Shown here piece after piece: positions 15,411 through 24,698 of a stretch of DNA of 64,000 nucleotides. The notes under the pieces were generated by a model. That model was not told the DNA's origin, searched no databases, and saw nothing but the letters and a program-made list of their open reading frames with translations. A program made the translations under genes and the position numbers. Numbering within the stretch: position 1 is the stretch's first letter; each line of letters starts with the position of its first letter. This stretch comes from a virus: positions 28,247 to 92,246 of the IMG/VR virus record IMGVR_UViG_3300029267_003762, one strand, 5' to 3'.

Positions 15411-15847
15411 TTCTGTCTCCTTTCCGTTGGAAGGTCGTCCAAGATGGCCTGGATGTAGTCGCTCTTGAACTTCTCCCTCTTTCTGTTCGTGTAGTCGGCG
15501 TCGTTGAGCTTCCTCGCGATCTCCTTGAGCGAGTAGTGCCCAAGCATCCTTTTGATGAGAACGATGATGTTCTGCTCGTACGGGTGGCTGACGAGCATGG
15601 TTCCGTGGTTGCTTTCTCGGTACCGATAGCCGTACGGAGGCTTGAACCTGACGGGGGCCTTCGTTCCGCCGTACCACCCGACGTACAGCTTCTTGTGCCA
15701 CTCGTTGCCAGGCGGGTAGATGTCCAGCAGCTCGAACAAGGCGAGCTCGGCATCTACCTTGTTGTGGAACGTCCTTGGGAAGTACGGTCGGCGGTTGTGC
15801 ATCACCGCCCAGCCCGGCCCAACGACGTCATCCTCTTTGGGAGGCAT
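15407..15847 (-). CDS. Protein resembling a recombinase DNA-binding domain
   Basis: PPYGYRY..EQNIIVLI..SLKEIARKLN; no catalytic serine domain. Confidence 0.6.
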   Translation of the reverse strand: MPPKEDDVVGPGWAVMHNRRPYFPRTFHNKVDAELALFELLDIYPPGNEWHKKLYVGWYGGTKAPVRFKPPYGYRYRESNHGTMLVSHPYEQNIIVLIKRMLGHYSLKEIARKLNDADYTNRKREKFKSDYIQAILDDLPTERRQK

Positions 15848-16124
15848 GCTCTAGCACCATGGCCACGTCGCACTCCCGGCGCGCCGAGGACTTGTAGATG
15901 ACGATGACGATGGCTTGGTGGACTTCGACACGCTCGACGGGGGAGCTCGTTTCTGTGAGAAGCGCGTCCACAGCCTCTCTCCATTCCGCCCCCGGGGTGT
16001 CGCGGCTGTAGCAGTAGCCGCGGAAGGCCCTGTTCTTGCCCTTCATGTCAGGGGCCAGCCACACTTCTGTTCCCCACAGGACGAACACTTCGGGCGGAGC
16101 TACATTCTCTTTCTTTCTGCTCAT
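15828..16124 (-). CDS. Hypothetical protein
   Basis: ATG 16124 after GGAGG. Confidence 0.65.
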   Translation of the reverse strand: MSRKKENVAPPEVFVLWGTEVWLAPDMKGKNRAFRGYCYSRDTPGAEWREAVDALLTETSSPVERVEVHQAIVIVIYKSSARRECDVAMVLEHASQRG

Positions 16125-16142
16125 CTTCCTCCACAAACGACA

Positions 16143-16166
16143 AAAGGCGCCCTTGCGAGGCGCCCT
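16143..16166 (-). terminator. Intrinsic terminator
   Basis: Minus strand GGCGCCTCGCAAGGGCGCC followed by TTTT. Confidence 0.65.
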
Positions 16167-16199
16167 CGGTCTTTCGTTCGGGGTTTTCAGTCTACGAGG

Positions 16200-16352
16200 T
16201 CATGCGGCCGTCTTGTAGTTCCGGCTGCGCTCTTCGAGCCGCTTCTGCAACTCGGACTGACGCTCGAGGAGCATCAGGAGCTCTTGGCCACTCGCGGTAA
16301 CGAGCGCCTTTTCAACCTCGGCCAACTGCTTGCGTACGATCTGTTGCATCAT
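16200..16352 (-). CDS. Small helical protein (50 aa), below the ORF-track cutoff
   Basis: GGAGGT SD; MMQQIVRKQLAEVEKALVTASGQELLMLLERQSELQKRLEERSRNYKTAA; upstream TATACT -10. Confidence 0.7.
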   Translation of the reverse strand: MMQQIVRKQLAEVEKALVTASGQELLMLLERQSELQKRLEERSRNYKTAA

Positions 16353-16448
16353 GGCCCACCTCCGGGTTGGGGCCTACTTTCTACTTCTAGTATACGAGTA
16401 GTTGACGTGAGTACAAGACCCCGTCAAGGGGAAAAACGAGGGGATTCG

Positions 16449-16700
16449 TTACTTTTTCAAGGCGCTGTTTGGAGGAAGAATGTCTGCCAGACTTTCCTCG
16501 TCCAAAAGTACGCCCAGGGGCCTGAAAACGTACTCTTTGCCATCTTTTGTGACGCTGCACATGACAGGGATGTCACCCCCGGTCACCCTCGTGCAGTGAA
16601 CAAGAGCAAGATGCCCGTCCCGAGCGGCCGAGAGCAGGGCTTCGAGCGGCTCTTTGAACGGCTCGAGGTACGCGTCGTTCGTCTTGACGGTATCAGCCAT
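16449..16700 (-). CDS. Hypothetical protein
   Basis: Coupled to the upstream ORF. Confidence 0.7.
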   Translation of the reverse strand: MADTVKTNDAYLEPFKEPLEALLSAARDGHLALVHCTRVTGGDIPVMCSVTKDGKEYVFRPLGVLLDEESLADILPPNSALKK

Positions 16701-17067
16701 CGTTCCTCTCCGTCAGTTCCGGTTTCCGGCAGACCCTTCGAATCTCTTTGACGAGCTCGTCGGCGTCCTCGAGTGGGCAGATGCCTTCACGTTGACTGTT
16801 GCGAGGTGAGCTGAACAGGGCGACGTTGCCCTCGACGCGCACGGCGCACCGTCGGAACGACACGCTGCCGCGCTCCTCGATAGCTTCTGCGATGGCCAAC
16901 ATCTCGGAAGCCGTTCCTTCAACTTCGGCGTCACTGATCCGGCCAGAATGCTGAAAGCTGGCCGTTCCAGGGCACAGAGAGTCAGCTTCGAACCAGCTTT
17001 TCCCTTCGTGTTCCGCTCGTTCGACGACGTACCAATCATACCCGCAGTCGCGGATCGTCAACTTCAT
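16693..17067 (-). CDS. Hypothetical protein
   Basis: ATGA overlap. Confidence 0.7.
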   Translation of the reverse strand: MKLTIRDCGYDWYVVERAEHEGKSWFEADSLCPGTASFQHSGRISDAEVEGTASEMLAIAEAIEERGSVSFRRCAVRVEGNVALFSSPRNSQREGICPLEDADELVKEIRRVCRKPELTERNDG

Positions 17068-17375
17068 TTGCTTCCTTCTTTCTCCAAGTACTCGAACACA
17101 CGGTCCATCGACTCGGCGTGGTAGATGCGCAGGCTCGGGTGCGCTTCCATGAACGGGATGAGCATCTCGTCCCGCACCCGAACCAACTGGTGGTAGTCCA
17201 TGTCGCCGAGCTCTTTGGCCGCCGGGTACCCCTCGGGCACCGCCGGTGGGTCGTTTCTAGCCTCGGCGATGATGTACGGCGCGATGAGGTGCCCGAACAG
17301 CTTTGCGCGGGCCGCCCCGTCTTTCTTCTTCAGTCTGCTCTTGAGCCACTTGCTTGTGTCTTTCTTCTTCATCAT
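17064..17375 (-). CDS. Hypothetical protein
   Basis: SD GAGGAG. Confidence 0.7.
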   Translation of the reverse strand: MMKKKDTSKWLKSRLKKKDGAARAKLFGHLIAPYIIAEARNDPPAVPEGYPAAKELGDMDYHQLVRVRDEMLIPFMEAHPSLRIYHAESMDRVFEYLEKEGSK

Positions 17376-17595
17376 CTCCTCGAACGTTGGTGATGTTGAT
17401 GGTTACCCCTGGCCGGGGTCGGATGACGACGCTGCGGGAGGCGCCGTGCTTCCACTCGACGGGCTCTGCGTCGATGGCTCCGCTCAGGTTGCCCTTGTTG
17501 CTCTTCCAGAGCACCCCGATGGGGATGAACCGGGTACCGTCCCTGTCGTCTGTGTTGATGACGGCGACGATGTCCGCCACTGGTTCCTTGGACAT
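17257..17595 (-). CDS. Hypothetical protein, possibly ssDNA-binding (DUF736-like)
   Basis: ATG 17595 after AAAGGAG; IGVLWKS..GNLSGAID. Confidence 0.5.
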   Translation of the reverse strand: MSKEPVADIVAVINTDDRDGTRFIPIGVLWKSNKGNLSGAIDAEPVEWKHGASRSVVIRPRPGVTINITNVRGDDEEERHKQVAQEQTEEERRGGPRKAVRAPHRAVHHRRG

Positions 17596-17608
17596 GCGCG
17601 TCTCCTTT

Positions 17609-18874
17609 CTACTTGTCTGCGGGGTTGCGGAAGCGCTTGAAGACGGGGAACCGCAACTTACCATCGTCCGTCATCTCCTGGGCCTCCACTTCTGCGATGG
17701 CGCCCCAGTAGCACTTCGGGTTGTCCTCGAGGTCCGCGGTGATGTCCTTTCGCTGCTGATCGGTGAACCCGCCGCCCACGGACGTGACGACGTCACCGAT
17801 GCGCACCTTGAAGGCAGCGAACACCCCGCTCAACCGGCCTTTGCCGAACTCGTGCCCGACGACCTGCCCTTCCCAGGTACTCTTGGGTTTGACCTTGAGG
17901 ATGGCGTTCGAGCGCTTGAACTCGTAGGGGGCATTCGGATCTTTGATCATCGCACCTTCGAAGCCCATATTGACGAAGTGTGCGAACTGCTCGAGCAGCT
18001 GCTCGTTGTCGTGCACATACCCTCCCGGCACGGGCACGACGTTGAAGACGCACCAGGGAGGCTGCTCGATCTCGTTTCTCCTTTCCGCGTACGACAGGGA
18101 CTTGCCTTGGCTCTTCCACACCTCAAGCGGGATCTTGTCGAAGATGTGGTAGACGGCTTGTGCGTCGCTGACGGTGTTGACCTTGGAGAACACAAGCGAC
18201 TGCGTCTCGTTCCAGTTGTTCTTCATCACTTCCCCGTCAAGCACGTAGTCGCCCTTCGGCAGAGACCGAACGCCCTCTTCGATCGTGGGCAGTGTGTCGA
18301 CCGTCTGCCCGCCGCGTGTGACCATCTTCACGCTGTCCCCTTCGCGAATGGCCACGAGGCGGATGCCGTCGAGCTTGCGGTCGCACCACACCGGGAAGTT
18401 GATCTTCTCCCGAATGGTGATGTTGCCCTCGAGGTCGCGTGCGCAGTCGAGCTCGTTGGCGAGCATCACCTCGAACACCGGCACCATGTCGGGGAAGACC
18501 TTGTTGACGGTCTTGGCCTCGACGCCGCACCTGAGCTTCTTCTGTACGATGCGCGCGGCCCACTTGCGCATCTCCGACGGCATGTCCCCGAGGATCTCGT
18601 TGAGGTAGTGCTTGGCGGCGTTGCCGGTGATCTCTCTCGTGTTGAGCCTCTCCAAGAAGTTGAGGAACACGAACCAGGACATCTCATCGTCGTTGAATGC
18701 GAACGTCGTACGGGGGGTAGAAGGAAGGCGCACGTCTTGGATGTAGTAGGGCTTGTAGGGGTCCAGCGCTGCGATCAGAAGGACGCGGAGCAGTGCGGTC
18801 GACCCCTCGAGGATGGCTTCTTTCTCTTTCCTGCTGTTCGTGGCCTCGAGGGCCTCGAGCTGTTCAACAATCAT
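17609..18874 (-). CDS. lig: ATP-dependent DNA ligase
   Basis: KLDGIR (motif I), VLDGEV, YHIFD, EGAMIK, KRS..LKVKP, LRFPVF. Confidence 0.95.
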   Translation of the reverse strand: MIVEQLEALEATNSRKEKEAILEGSTALLRVLLIAALDPYKPYYIQDVRLPSTPRTTFAFNDDEMSWFVFLNFLERLNTREITGNAAKHYLNEILGDMPSEMRKWAARIVQKKLRCGVEAKTVNKVFPDMVPVFEVMLANELDCARDLEGNITIREKINFPVWCDRKLDGIRLVAIREGDSVKMVTRGGQTVDTLPTIEEGVRSLPKGDYVLDGEVMKNNWNETQSLVFSKVNTVSDAQAVYHIFDKIPLEVWKSQGKSLSYAERRNEIEQPPWCVFNVVPVPGGYVHDNEQLLEQFAHFVNMGFEGAMIKDPNAPYEFKRSNAILKVKPKSTWEGQVVGHEFGKGRLSGVFAAFKVRIGDVVTSVGGGFTDQQRKDITADLEDNPKCYWGAIAEVEAQEMTDDGKLRFPVFKRFRNPADK

Positions 18875-19493
18875 TCGGGTCCTCCATGAGCTGCCTGACG
18901 AGGGCCAGGTTGCTCTCCAGTTGCTTTTCTACTTCCTTCAGGGCGGTGTACTCGCGACGCGCGTGCGGAAGCGCCCTTTCGATGGCGGCTTCGGGGGCCG
19001 TCACCTGCCTTATGCCCTGAATCAGGTGCTTGATGACGCGGATCTCCCTGTCCTCGGCATACAGGAAGGCAGTCCTTCCCTCAACGTCCCAGCCGATGTC
19101 CAGGTAGTTGGCCAGCGCCTCGGCCGCTTGCTCGTCGTCTTCGAAGCGCCCGCACTGGTCGCACTTCTGGACGATGACCTGGCCGTCGTCGGCCATGTCA
19201 TCGTTGAAAGGGCACAGCGCCCCTGGGATGATCTCGCCGGCGCAGTGACACCCGACGTGCTCTTCCCAGTCCGAGAGCTGGAAGCCGAGCGCGCCCGCAG
19301 ATGCGCGCCTGACCTTTCCGCGATGCTTTTCGTCGTAGAGCATTCCTTTGGTGACGCCTCGCCCGCGCAGGAACGGGGGCACGTCCATCTGGTTCACGTC
19401 GGTGCGCTTCAGGCCCCGGCTCTCCGCGCCTTCGCGCAGCCAGCTGGTCAGCTTGTCGATCCCGTGAAGGATGGTCTTGTCGTCATCGGACAT
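18864..19493 (-). CDS. Hypothetical Cys-containing protein
   Basis: ATG 19493; coupled to neighbours. Confidence 0.65.
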   Translation of the reverse strand: MSDDDKTILHGIDKLTSWLREGAESRGLKRTDVNQMDVPPFLRGRGVTKGMLYDEKHRGKVRRASAGALGFQLSDWEEHVGCHCAGEIIPGALCPFNDDMADDGQVIVQKCDQCGRFEDDEQAAEALANYLDIGWDVEGRTAFLYAEDREIRVIKHLIQGIRQVTAPEAAIERALPHARREYTALKEVEKQLESNLALVRQLMEDPNDC

Positions 19494-19887
19494 CTTCGCA
19501 CTCCTGTCTGAAGTCCTCGAGCGCGTCGGAGTACTTCTTGGCCATCTCTTCGTCTCCGAGGGCCACGTGGGCGTCGTGGAGGTCGTAAAGAGCGGCGGCG
19601 AGCCTCTCACGAAGGCTGCGTCGGTGCAGAGTGAGCTCCGAGCACCGCAGCTGTGTGAGGCGCAAGTTCTTCGCCATGGCTGCCCCCTCCGGTATGGTGT
19701 GAGTCAAGCCGAACTCGAAGATGACTGCGTCCGCCGCGTGCTGCGCCTCTGAAAGCTTGATGGACCAGCCGATATTATCCAGCGCGCTGAGAACCCGCTC
19801 TCGCGGGCTGCGGCTGTCGTTCGCCTCCAGTAGCTTCAGGCGCTTTTGTGAGTACGCGTGCGCGAGCTCCATGTTCACGTCTGTCAT
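19483..19887 (-). CDS. Hypothetical protein
   Basis: ATG 19887 after AGGAG. Confidence 0.65.
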   Translation of the reverse strand: MTDVNMELAHAYSQKRLKLLEANDSRSPRERVLSALDNIGWSIKLSEAQHAADAVIFEFGLTHTIPEGAAMAKNLRLTQLRCSELTLHRRSLRERLAAALYDLHDAHVALGDEEMAKKYSDALEDFRQECEDVR

Positions 19888-19931
19888 CTGCTGTCTCCTG
19901 TCTGTTAGGCGTACTGTTTGCTCCGCTACCC

Positions 19932-20141
19932 TTATCGCTTCGAACGGGCCTTTCTTGTCAGGTGAATCTCGATGTGGTGCTTGTCGACCTTGGCCCGCTT
20001 GACGGACATCTTGTTCTCTCTGAACCACGCACGGATGTACGCCAACAGAAGCGCCTTCGACTTCGTCACTACCGGCTCAGTCAACTGAAAAGACAAGTAC
20101 CATCCGCTCTCGGTTGGCCGTAGGGTGTACTGGCCGCTCAT
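19932..20141 (-). CDS. Small basic hypothetical protein
   Basis: MSGQYTLRP..; head-to-head with the terminase gene. Confidence 0.45.
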   Translation of the reverse strand: MSGQYTLRPTESGWYLSFQLTEPVVTKSKALLLAYIRAWFRENKMSVKRAKVDKHHIEIHLTRKARSKR

Positions 20142-22047
20142 GGAAACTCCCGAACGATTGATCGACCCCCACAACCCGCCCGCCAGCTTCTTCATGCCGG
20201 GCTCTCTGTCTCCTGACTTCTTGAACGAGGAGCTGTTGGATGACTTCGCCGGCGACCCGGAACTGTCATCGCTCGACGGCGACTGGTCTGCCGAGTACGG
20301 ACCTTCGATCGAGTATGAGGACCCAGGGGCCATAGCCAAGAGGATACAGGAAAAAGGCAGGGTCCAACTCTTCCCGACCGACTTCGTGCACGCCGCCTTC
20401 AAGATGCCGAAGTCAGACGGGGGTTACGAGGACTTCTCGTTCGAGGGCCGCAGGCACATCCTGAGTCCGTACAACACGCAGGCCAAGCGCGTGCTTCTGG
20501 TGTGCGCCCGTCAGACCGAGAAGTCGACGCTGCTCGGCAACTTGGCGCTCACGTACTCGTGCCTCGTTCCGGCCTTCAAGACCTTGTACGTGTCGCCGTC
20601 GGCGATGCAGACCAAAACGTTCTCGAACGACCGCGTCAAGGAGCCGATCGAGACGAGCCCCATCCTGCGGGCCTACACGACGCACAAGCTCAGCCAGAAC
20701 ATCTTCGAGAAGCAGTTCATCAACCGGTCGAAGATCACGCTTCGCTACGCGTTCCTCAACGCCGATCGTGTCCGCGGCATCCCGGCCTGGATGCTGCTGA
20801 TCGACGAGATCCAGGACATCATCTCGGACAACATCCCGGTCATCGAGCACTGCCTGTCCCACGCCCCGAAAGAGTGGCGCCGGTTTGTGTACTCCGGCAC
20901 CCCGAAGTCGCTCGACAACACCATCGAGTGGTACCGCGCCAACAAGTCGACTCAGGGCGAGTGGATGGTGCCGTGCGACCGCTGCGGGAGCAACGCCAAG
21001 GGGGCCGCTGGGCGCTTTTGGAACATCCTCGGCGAGAAGAACATCGGCAACAAAAGTCTGATCTGTGAGAAGTGCGGAGAGCAGCTGTACCCGATGCACG
21101 AGGACGCCCAATGGGGGCACCACGTAGCCTGGCACCCGAAGTACGCCCCGTTCGAGAGCTACCGCATCAACCAGCTCATGGTTCCGTGGAAGGACTGGGA
21201 CGAGCTGCTGTACGAGTACCACAACAACCCGCGAGCGAAGTTCCTCAACGAGTCGCTCGGCATCTCCTACGACTCCGGTCTTCGGCCTCTCACGCTCGGT
21301 CAGGTCAAGAACGAGTGCAACCCGGCCATCACGATGGCGGAGAAGGAGGTCAAGAAGTACCGCCAGATCGGCCTCGTGAACCCCATCTTCATGGGCATCG
21401 ACTGGGGGACCGGCGAGAACACGTATACCGTGATCACGCTCGGTACGTACGTCGACATGAAGCTGCGGGTCTTCTATGTGCACCGCTGCACGGGCGATCT
21501 TCTCGAGCCTCCGAAGCAGCTCGCGTTCATCAAGAAGCTGGTGCAGCAGTTTCACGTTCGGGTCATCGGCACCGACTACGGTGGCGGCTACGACCGCAAC
21601 GACGACTTGATGCGGGCGTTCGGCCCCGACCGACTCGTGAAGTACCAGTACCTCCCGCGCTCTCGTCAAAAAGTCAGCTGGCAGGGCAAGCTCGGCCGGT
21701 TCATCGTGTCGCGCACCGAGGTGATGAGCGACATCTTCAACGCCATCAAGCGTCACCAGTTCGAGTTCCCTCGATGGGAGGAGTTCCACGCCGGGGGCAA
21801 CGCTCCGTACGCCGGCGACATGCTCAACATCTACAGCGAGTACGACGAGCAGCGCCACCAGATCGTCTACAAGCACGCCCCCGACAAGCCGGACGACACT
21901 TTCCACTCACTTCTGTACATGACGCTCGGTTCGATGCTCATTCGGCCAAGGCCGGACATCGTCACGCCTAGAAAAGAAGTTTCTGGCGAAGGAAGGGGGC
22001 ACCCGATGTTCGATGGGGACTATGATGGGACAGTAGATCAGGATTGA
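20125..22047 (+). CDS. terL: Terminase large subunit (lambda GpA-like)
   Basis: Walker A ARQTEKST, Walker B LLIDEIQD, SGTP, Zn insert, RNase H MGIDWG and PDDTFH. Exact start uncertain. Confidence 0.92.
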   Translation: MYWPLMETPERLIDPHNPPASFFMPGSLSPDFLNEELLDDFAGDPELSSLDGDWSAEYGPSIEYEDPGAIAKRIQEKGRVQLFPTDFVHAAFKMPKSDGGYEDFSFEGRRHILSPYNTQAKRVLLVCARQTEKSTLLGNLALTYSCLVPAFKTLYVSPSAMQTKTFSNDRVKEPIETSPILRAYTTHKLSQNIFEKQFINRSKITLRYAFLNADRVRGIPAWMLLIDEIQDIISDNIPVIEHCLSHAPKEWRRFVYSGTPKSLDNTIEWYRANKSTQGEWMVPCDRCGSNAKGAAGRFWNILGEKNIGNKSLICEKCGEQLYPMHEDAQWGHHVAWHPKYAPFESYRINQLMVPWKDWDELLYEYHNNPRAKFLNESLGISYDSGLRPLTLGQVKNECNPAITMAEKEVKKYRQIGLVNPIFMGIDWGTGENTYTVITLGTYVDMKLRVFYVHRCTGDLLEPPKQLAFIKKLVQQFHVRVIGTDYGGGYDRNDDLMRAFGPDRLVKYQYLPRSRQKVSWQGKLGRFIVSRTEVMSDIFNAIKRHQFEFPRWEEFHAGGNAPYAGDMLNIYSEYDEQRHQIVYKHAPDKPDDTFHSLLYMTLGSMLIRPRPDIVTPRKEVSGEGRGHPMFDGDYDGTVDQD

Positions 22048-22720
22048 GCAGGAGCATGGTGGACATGATGCGGGAGTCCAGCCCGGCGTCGGCAGGCCCC
22101 CGCGCATCTCCACCGAGCTCGTACAGTAGGACGGTCGCCTTGAGCGCCGTGCGGGCGCGCAGGATCAACGGGCGCAGGTAGAGCTGGTGTGCCGGCAGGT
22201 GTGCCTGCAGGTGCCGGCTCAGGTTCATGAGTGAGGCCCACGGCCGCGCGTTCGTGAGCGGCTCGGCCCGTCTGAAAAAGGCCTGGTCGATGTTCATGAA
22301 CACCCGGCACCACCGAATGACCTCGGTGGCATCCAAGGGCAGCTCGTCGACGTCCGAGTTCGCCTTGTGGATCAACGCCAACATGGGTTGGCGTTCGGTT
22401 GGGATCTCGTACGGCACCATGCCGATGACGAAGGAGACGTTGCGCACTTCGTCTTCCAGCTGCGCGATCTTGGCTTTGAGCAGGGACACGTCGTCGGCAA
22501 GCGCGCCGCTCCTTCTGTACCTCTGCTTCTCCCTCTCTTCTTTTAGCTTCTTGATGTCCTCGACGTGGAAGACGTACTTCGCTCGGCTGCCTGGGAAGAG
22601 CTTCTTGTACTCTTCGATTGGTACTTTTCTTAGTACCCCTTCTTCCGCCATGCGCGACAGAAGAGAGTACCGACAGCCGAGCAGTCGAGCCGCTTTGTAC
22701 GCCGTGATGACCTTGTCCAT
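21968..22720 (-). CDS. Excisionase/MerR-like HTH DNA-binding protein
   Basis: ITAYKAARLLGCRYSLLSRMAEEGVL followed by a coiled coil. Confidence 0.65.
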   Translation of the reverse strand: MDKVITAYKAARLLGCRYSLLSRMAEEGVLRKVPIEEYKKLFPGSRAKYVFHVEDIKKLKEEREKQRYRRSGALADDVSLLKAKIAQLEDEVRNVSFVIGMVPYEIPTERQPMLALIHKANSDVDELPLDATEVIRWCRVFMNIDQAFFRRAEPLTNARPWASLMNLSRHLQAHLPAHQLYLRPLILRARTALKATVLLYELGGDARGPADAGLDSRIMSTMLLLNPDLLSHHSPHRTSGAPFLRQKLLF

Positions 22721-22773
22721 GACTTTCCCTTCGCGACAGAAGCGTGGTACTACTTGGCGAACAGGAGTGGTCC

Positions 22774-24042
22774 ATGAGTGAGCTGCATCGTCAAGGTATC
22801 TTTCAACAGAGGCACGCGCGGCCCGTCAGTGGAGAAGACCTGGAGGTGCTTGGGAAGCAGGCTTCTGCTTGTTGGTACGAGAGGAAAGACAGTGGATGCG
22901 GCCCCTCGACTCTTGGTGAGGCGGTAGTCGAGACGGTGAAGAAGGCAGGGCTCAGCCCCGAGCAGGTTCGCCGTGTGGTGGAGTTCGCCAACACCGACGC
23001 CTTCCTCCGGGAGTTCCACAAGCTGTCGAGCGGCCACAAGTACGTGGACTTCGGCGGGGGCGTGCTCGCCGACCCTTCCGACGTGCTTCGGGACCTGAAC
23101 GACGGGGGCGGGGGGACGGTGTTCGACGCCGGCACCGGCGACTACGACCAGCCTCCGGAGGAGAAGCAGGCAAGCCTTGGGTTCGGCGGTTGGGACACGA
23201 GTGAGGGCGCCATCGCTGGTATGTTCGGCGCCGACCCGTCTCCGTACGAGTTCGAGGAGCCCCTCCGGCCGTTCTGGGACGCGCGCGACAAGCTCGCGGG
23301 CATGCACGCCCATGTGAGCTCCGAGCTCAGTTCCACCGAGGTGCTGTACGACAGCATCGCCCGCGAGCTCGAGCACCAGACCAAGCAGGCCGCGCTCGAG
23401 GGCACGAGCCTCGGTCAGGTCGTTCAAGCTTGGTCGTCGATTACGGACAACCCCGCGTTCATCAAGGCCGCCTTCGAGCGCATCACCCCCGGCCTGGTCG
23501 AGGACGAGGTCTTTCCGTCGTACGACGCCGTCGGCGCCTCGATCGAGAAGGTCGGCGCGGCGCGGGTCGCCAACCCGCACCATCCGCTGGTCGAGACATT
23601 CCACGAGTACTGCGACGCGCTCGTGAAGATCGCTGAGCTGCGCTACCAACAGCAGGGCCTCGGCATCAAGTTGGCGCAGCTCGAGGAAGGCCTCAAGACC
23701 GCGAACATCGGCAAGCTCGTTGAGATGGCGGGTAAGGGGATGAGCGCGGTCGGCAAGGCCAGCAAGAAGGGCCGGGAGTTCGTCGAGCGGACGACACAGA
23801 GCCCGGCCTTGGGCGCCGCCACGGAGTGGGGAATCAAGGGCGCTCCTGTTGCCGCTGGTCTTCTCGGTGCCAAAGCTCTATCCGATCAGGTATCCACCAG
23901 CTACCCGCTCCAGGCGTCGCTCCCGTACTTGCCTGGGTCTCAGCAGTACAAGGCGCGGATCGCCAGGCGGCAGCAGGAGAACAATCCCGAGTACCGCGCC
24001 ATGATGGCCGCGCAGGGAATGCCCATGGGAGGCTTGTTCTGA
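22774..24042 (+). CDS. Head-associated structural protein
   Basis: SD AGGAG; first gene of the head cluster; many K-x-A motifs. Confidence 0.7.
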   Translation: MSELHRQGIFQQRHARPVSGEDLEVLGKQASACWYERKDSGCGPSTLGEAVVETVKKAGLSPEQVRRVVEFANTDAFLREFHKLSSGHKYVDFGGGVLADPSDVLRDLNDGGGGTVFDAGTGDYDQPPEEKQASLGFGGWDTSEGAIAGMFGADPSPYEFEEPLRPFWDARDKLAGMHAHVSSELSSTEVLYDSIARELEHQTKQAALEGTSLGQVVQAWSSITDNPAFIKAAFERITPGLVEDEVFPSYDAVGASIEKVGAARVANPHHPLVETFHEYCDALVKIAELRYQQQGLGIKLAQLEEGLKTANIGKLVEMAGKGMSAVGKASKKGREFVERTTQSPALGAATEWGIKGAPVAAGLLGAKALSDQVSTSYPLQASLPYLPGSQQYKARIARRQQENNPEYRAMMAAQGMPMGGLF

Positions 24043-24698
24043 TGGACCCCATCAAAGACTTCGTCAAGTTCGCCTTTGACCAGGGTATGGGCAAGGAGGC
24101 GGTGCCGGCTTGGATGAGCAGCCCGGCCGCGAAGGCCGTCGGCACGGCCGCGGGCATCGCCTTGGCCGCCCCGATCGCCGGTGCCGCTGTCGGAGGTATC
24201 GGGGATCTGGCGGGCATGGCCTACAACGCCGTCACCAAGAAGCGCGACTTCAACCAGATGCTCGAGTTCAATCAGGACCTGCGGCAGATGCACAAGCAGG
24301 ACCCGAAGATGGTCAACGCCGCGTTCTCGACGCTGCGTCGGATCAACCCGAAGTACTCCAGGGACCCGCTCGTCGCCGGCGCGTTCGTGCGCAACCTCAA
24401 CGAGGCCCCAGAAGGCGCATTCAATGCGGCGAACACGGCGGCAAGTGCTCGGATGCCCGAGACCATGCTGCAACAGGGCTACATGGGCAACATCGGTAAG
24501 GGCACGGAGATGGGCATGAAGCACCTGACCGATGTGCCCAGAGATGACCCGACGCAGGACTACGCGCGGAAGATGCAGCTCGCCAGGGAGCAACGTCGGA
24601 TGCAGATCGAGACGGATCCGAGGGCCTACAGAGGTCGCGGGGTAGGTAACGTGTCGATGAAACCGGAGTACAGCCACGCCCTGGGACGTCTTGGATGA
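24042..24698 (+). CDS. Head-associated protein with a Gly/Ala hydrophobic segment
   Basis: TGATG coupling. Confidence 0.7.
   Translation: MDPIKDFVKFAFDQGMGKEAVPAWMSSPAAKAVGTAAGIALAAPIAGAAVGGIGDLAGMAYNAVTKKRDFNQMLEFNQDLRQMHKQDPKMVNAAFSTLRRINPKYSRDPLVAGAFVRNLNEAPEGAFNAANTAASARMPETMLQQGYMGNIGKGTEMGMKHLTDVPRDDPTQDYARKMQLAREQRRMQIETDPRAYRGRGVGNVSMKPEYSHALGRLG

Noticed and set aside
15407-15847. Integrase or serine recombinase marking a prophage boundary
   Set aside because: Only a short DNA-binding-like segment; no catalytic domain or att site seen.
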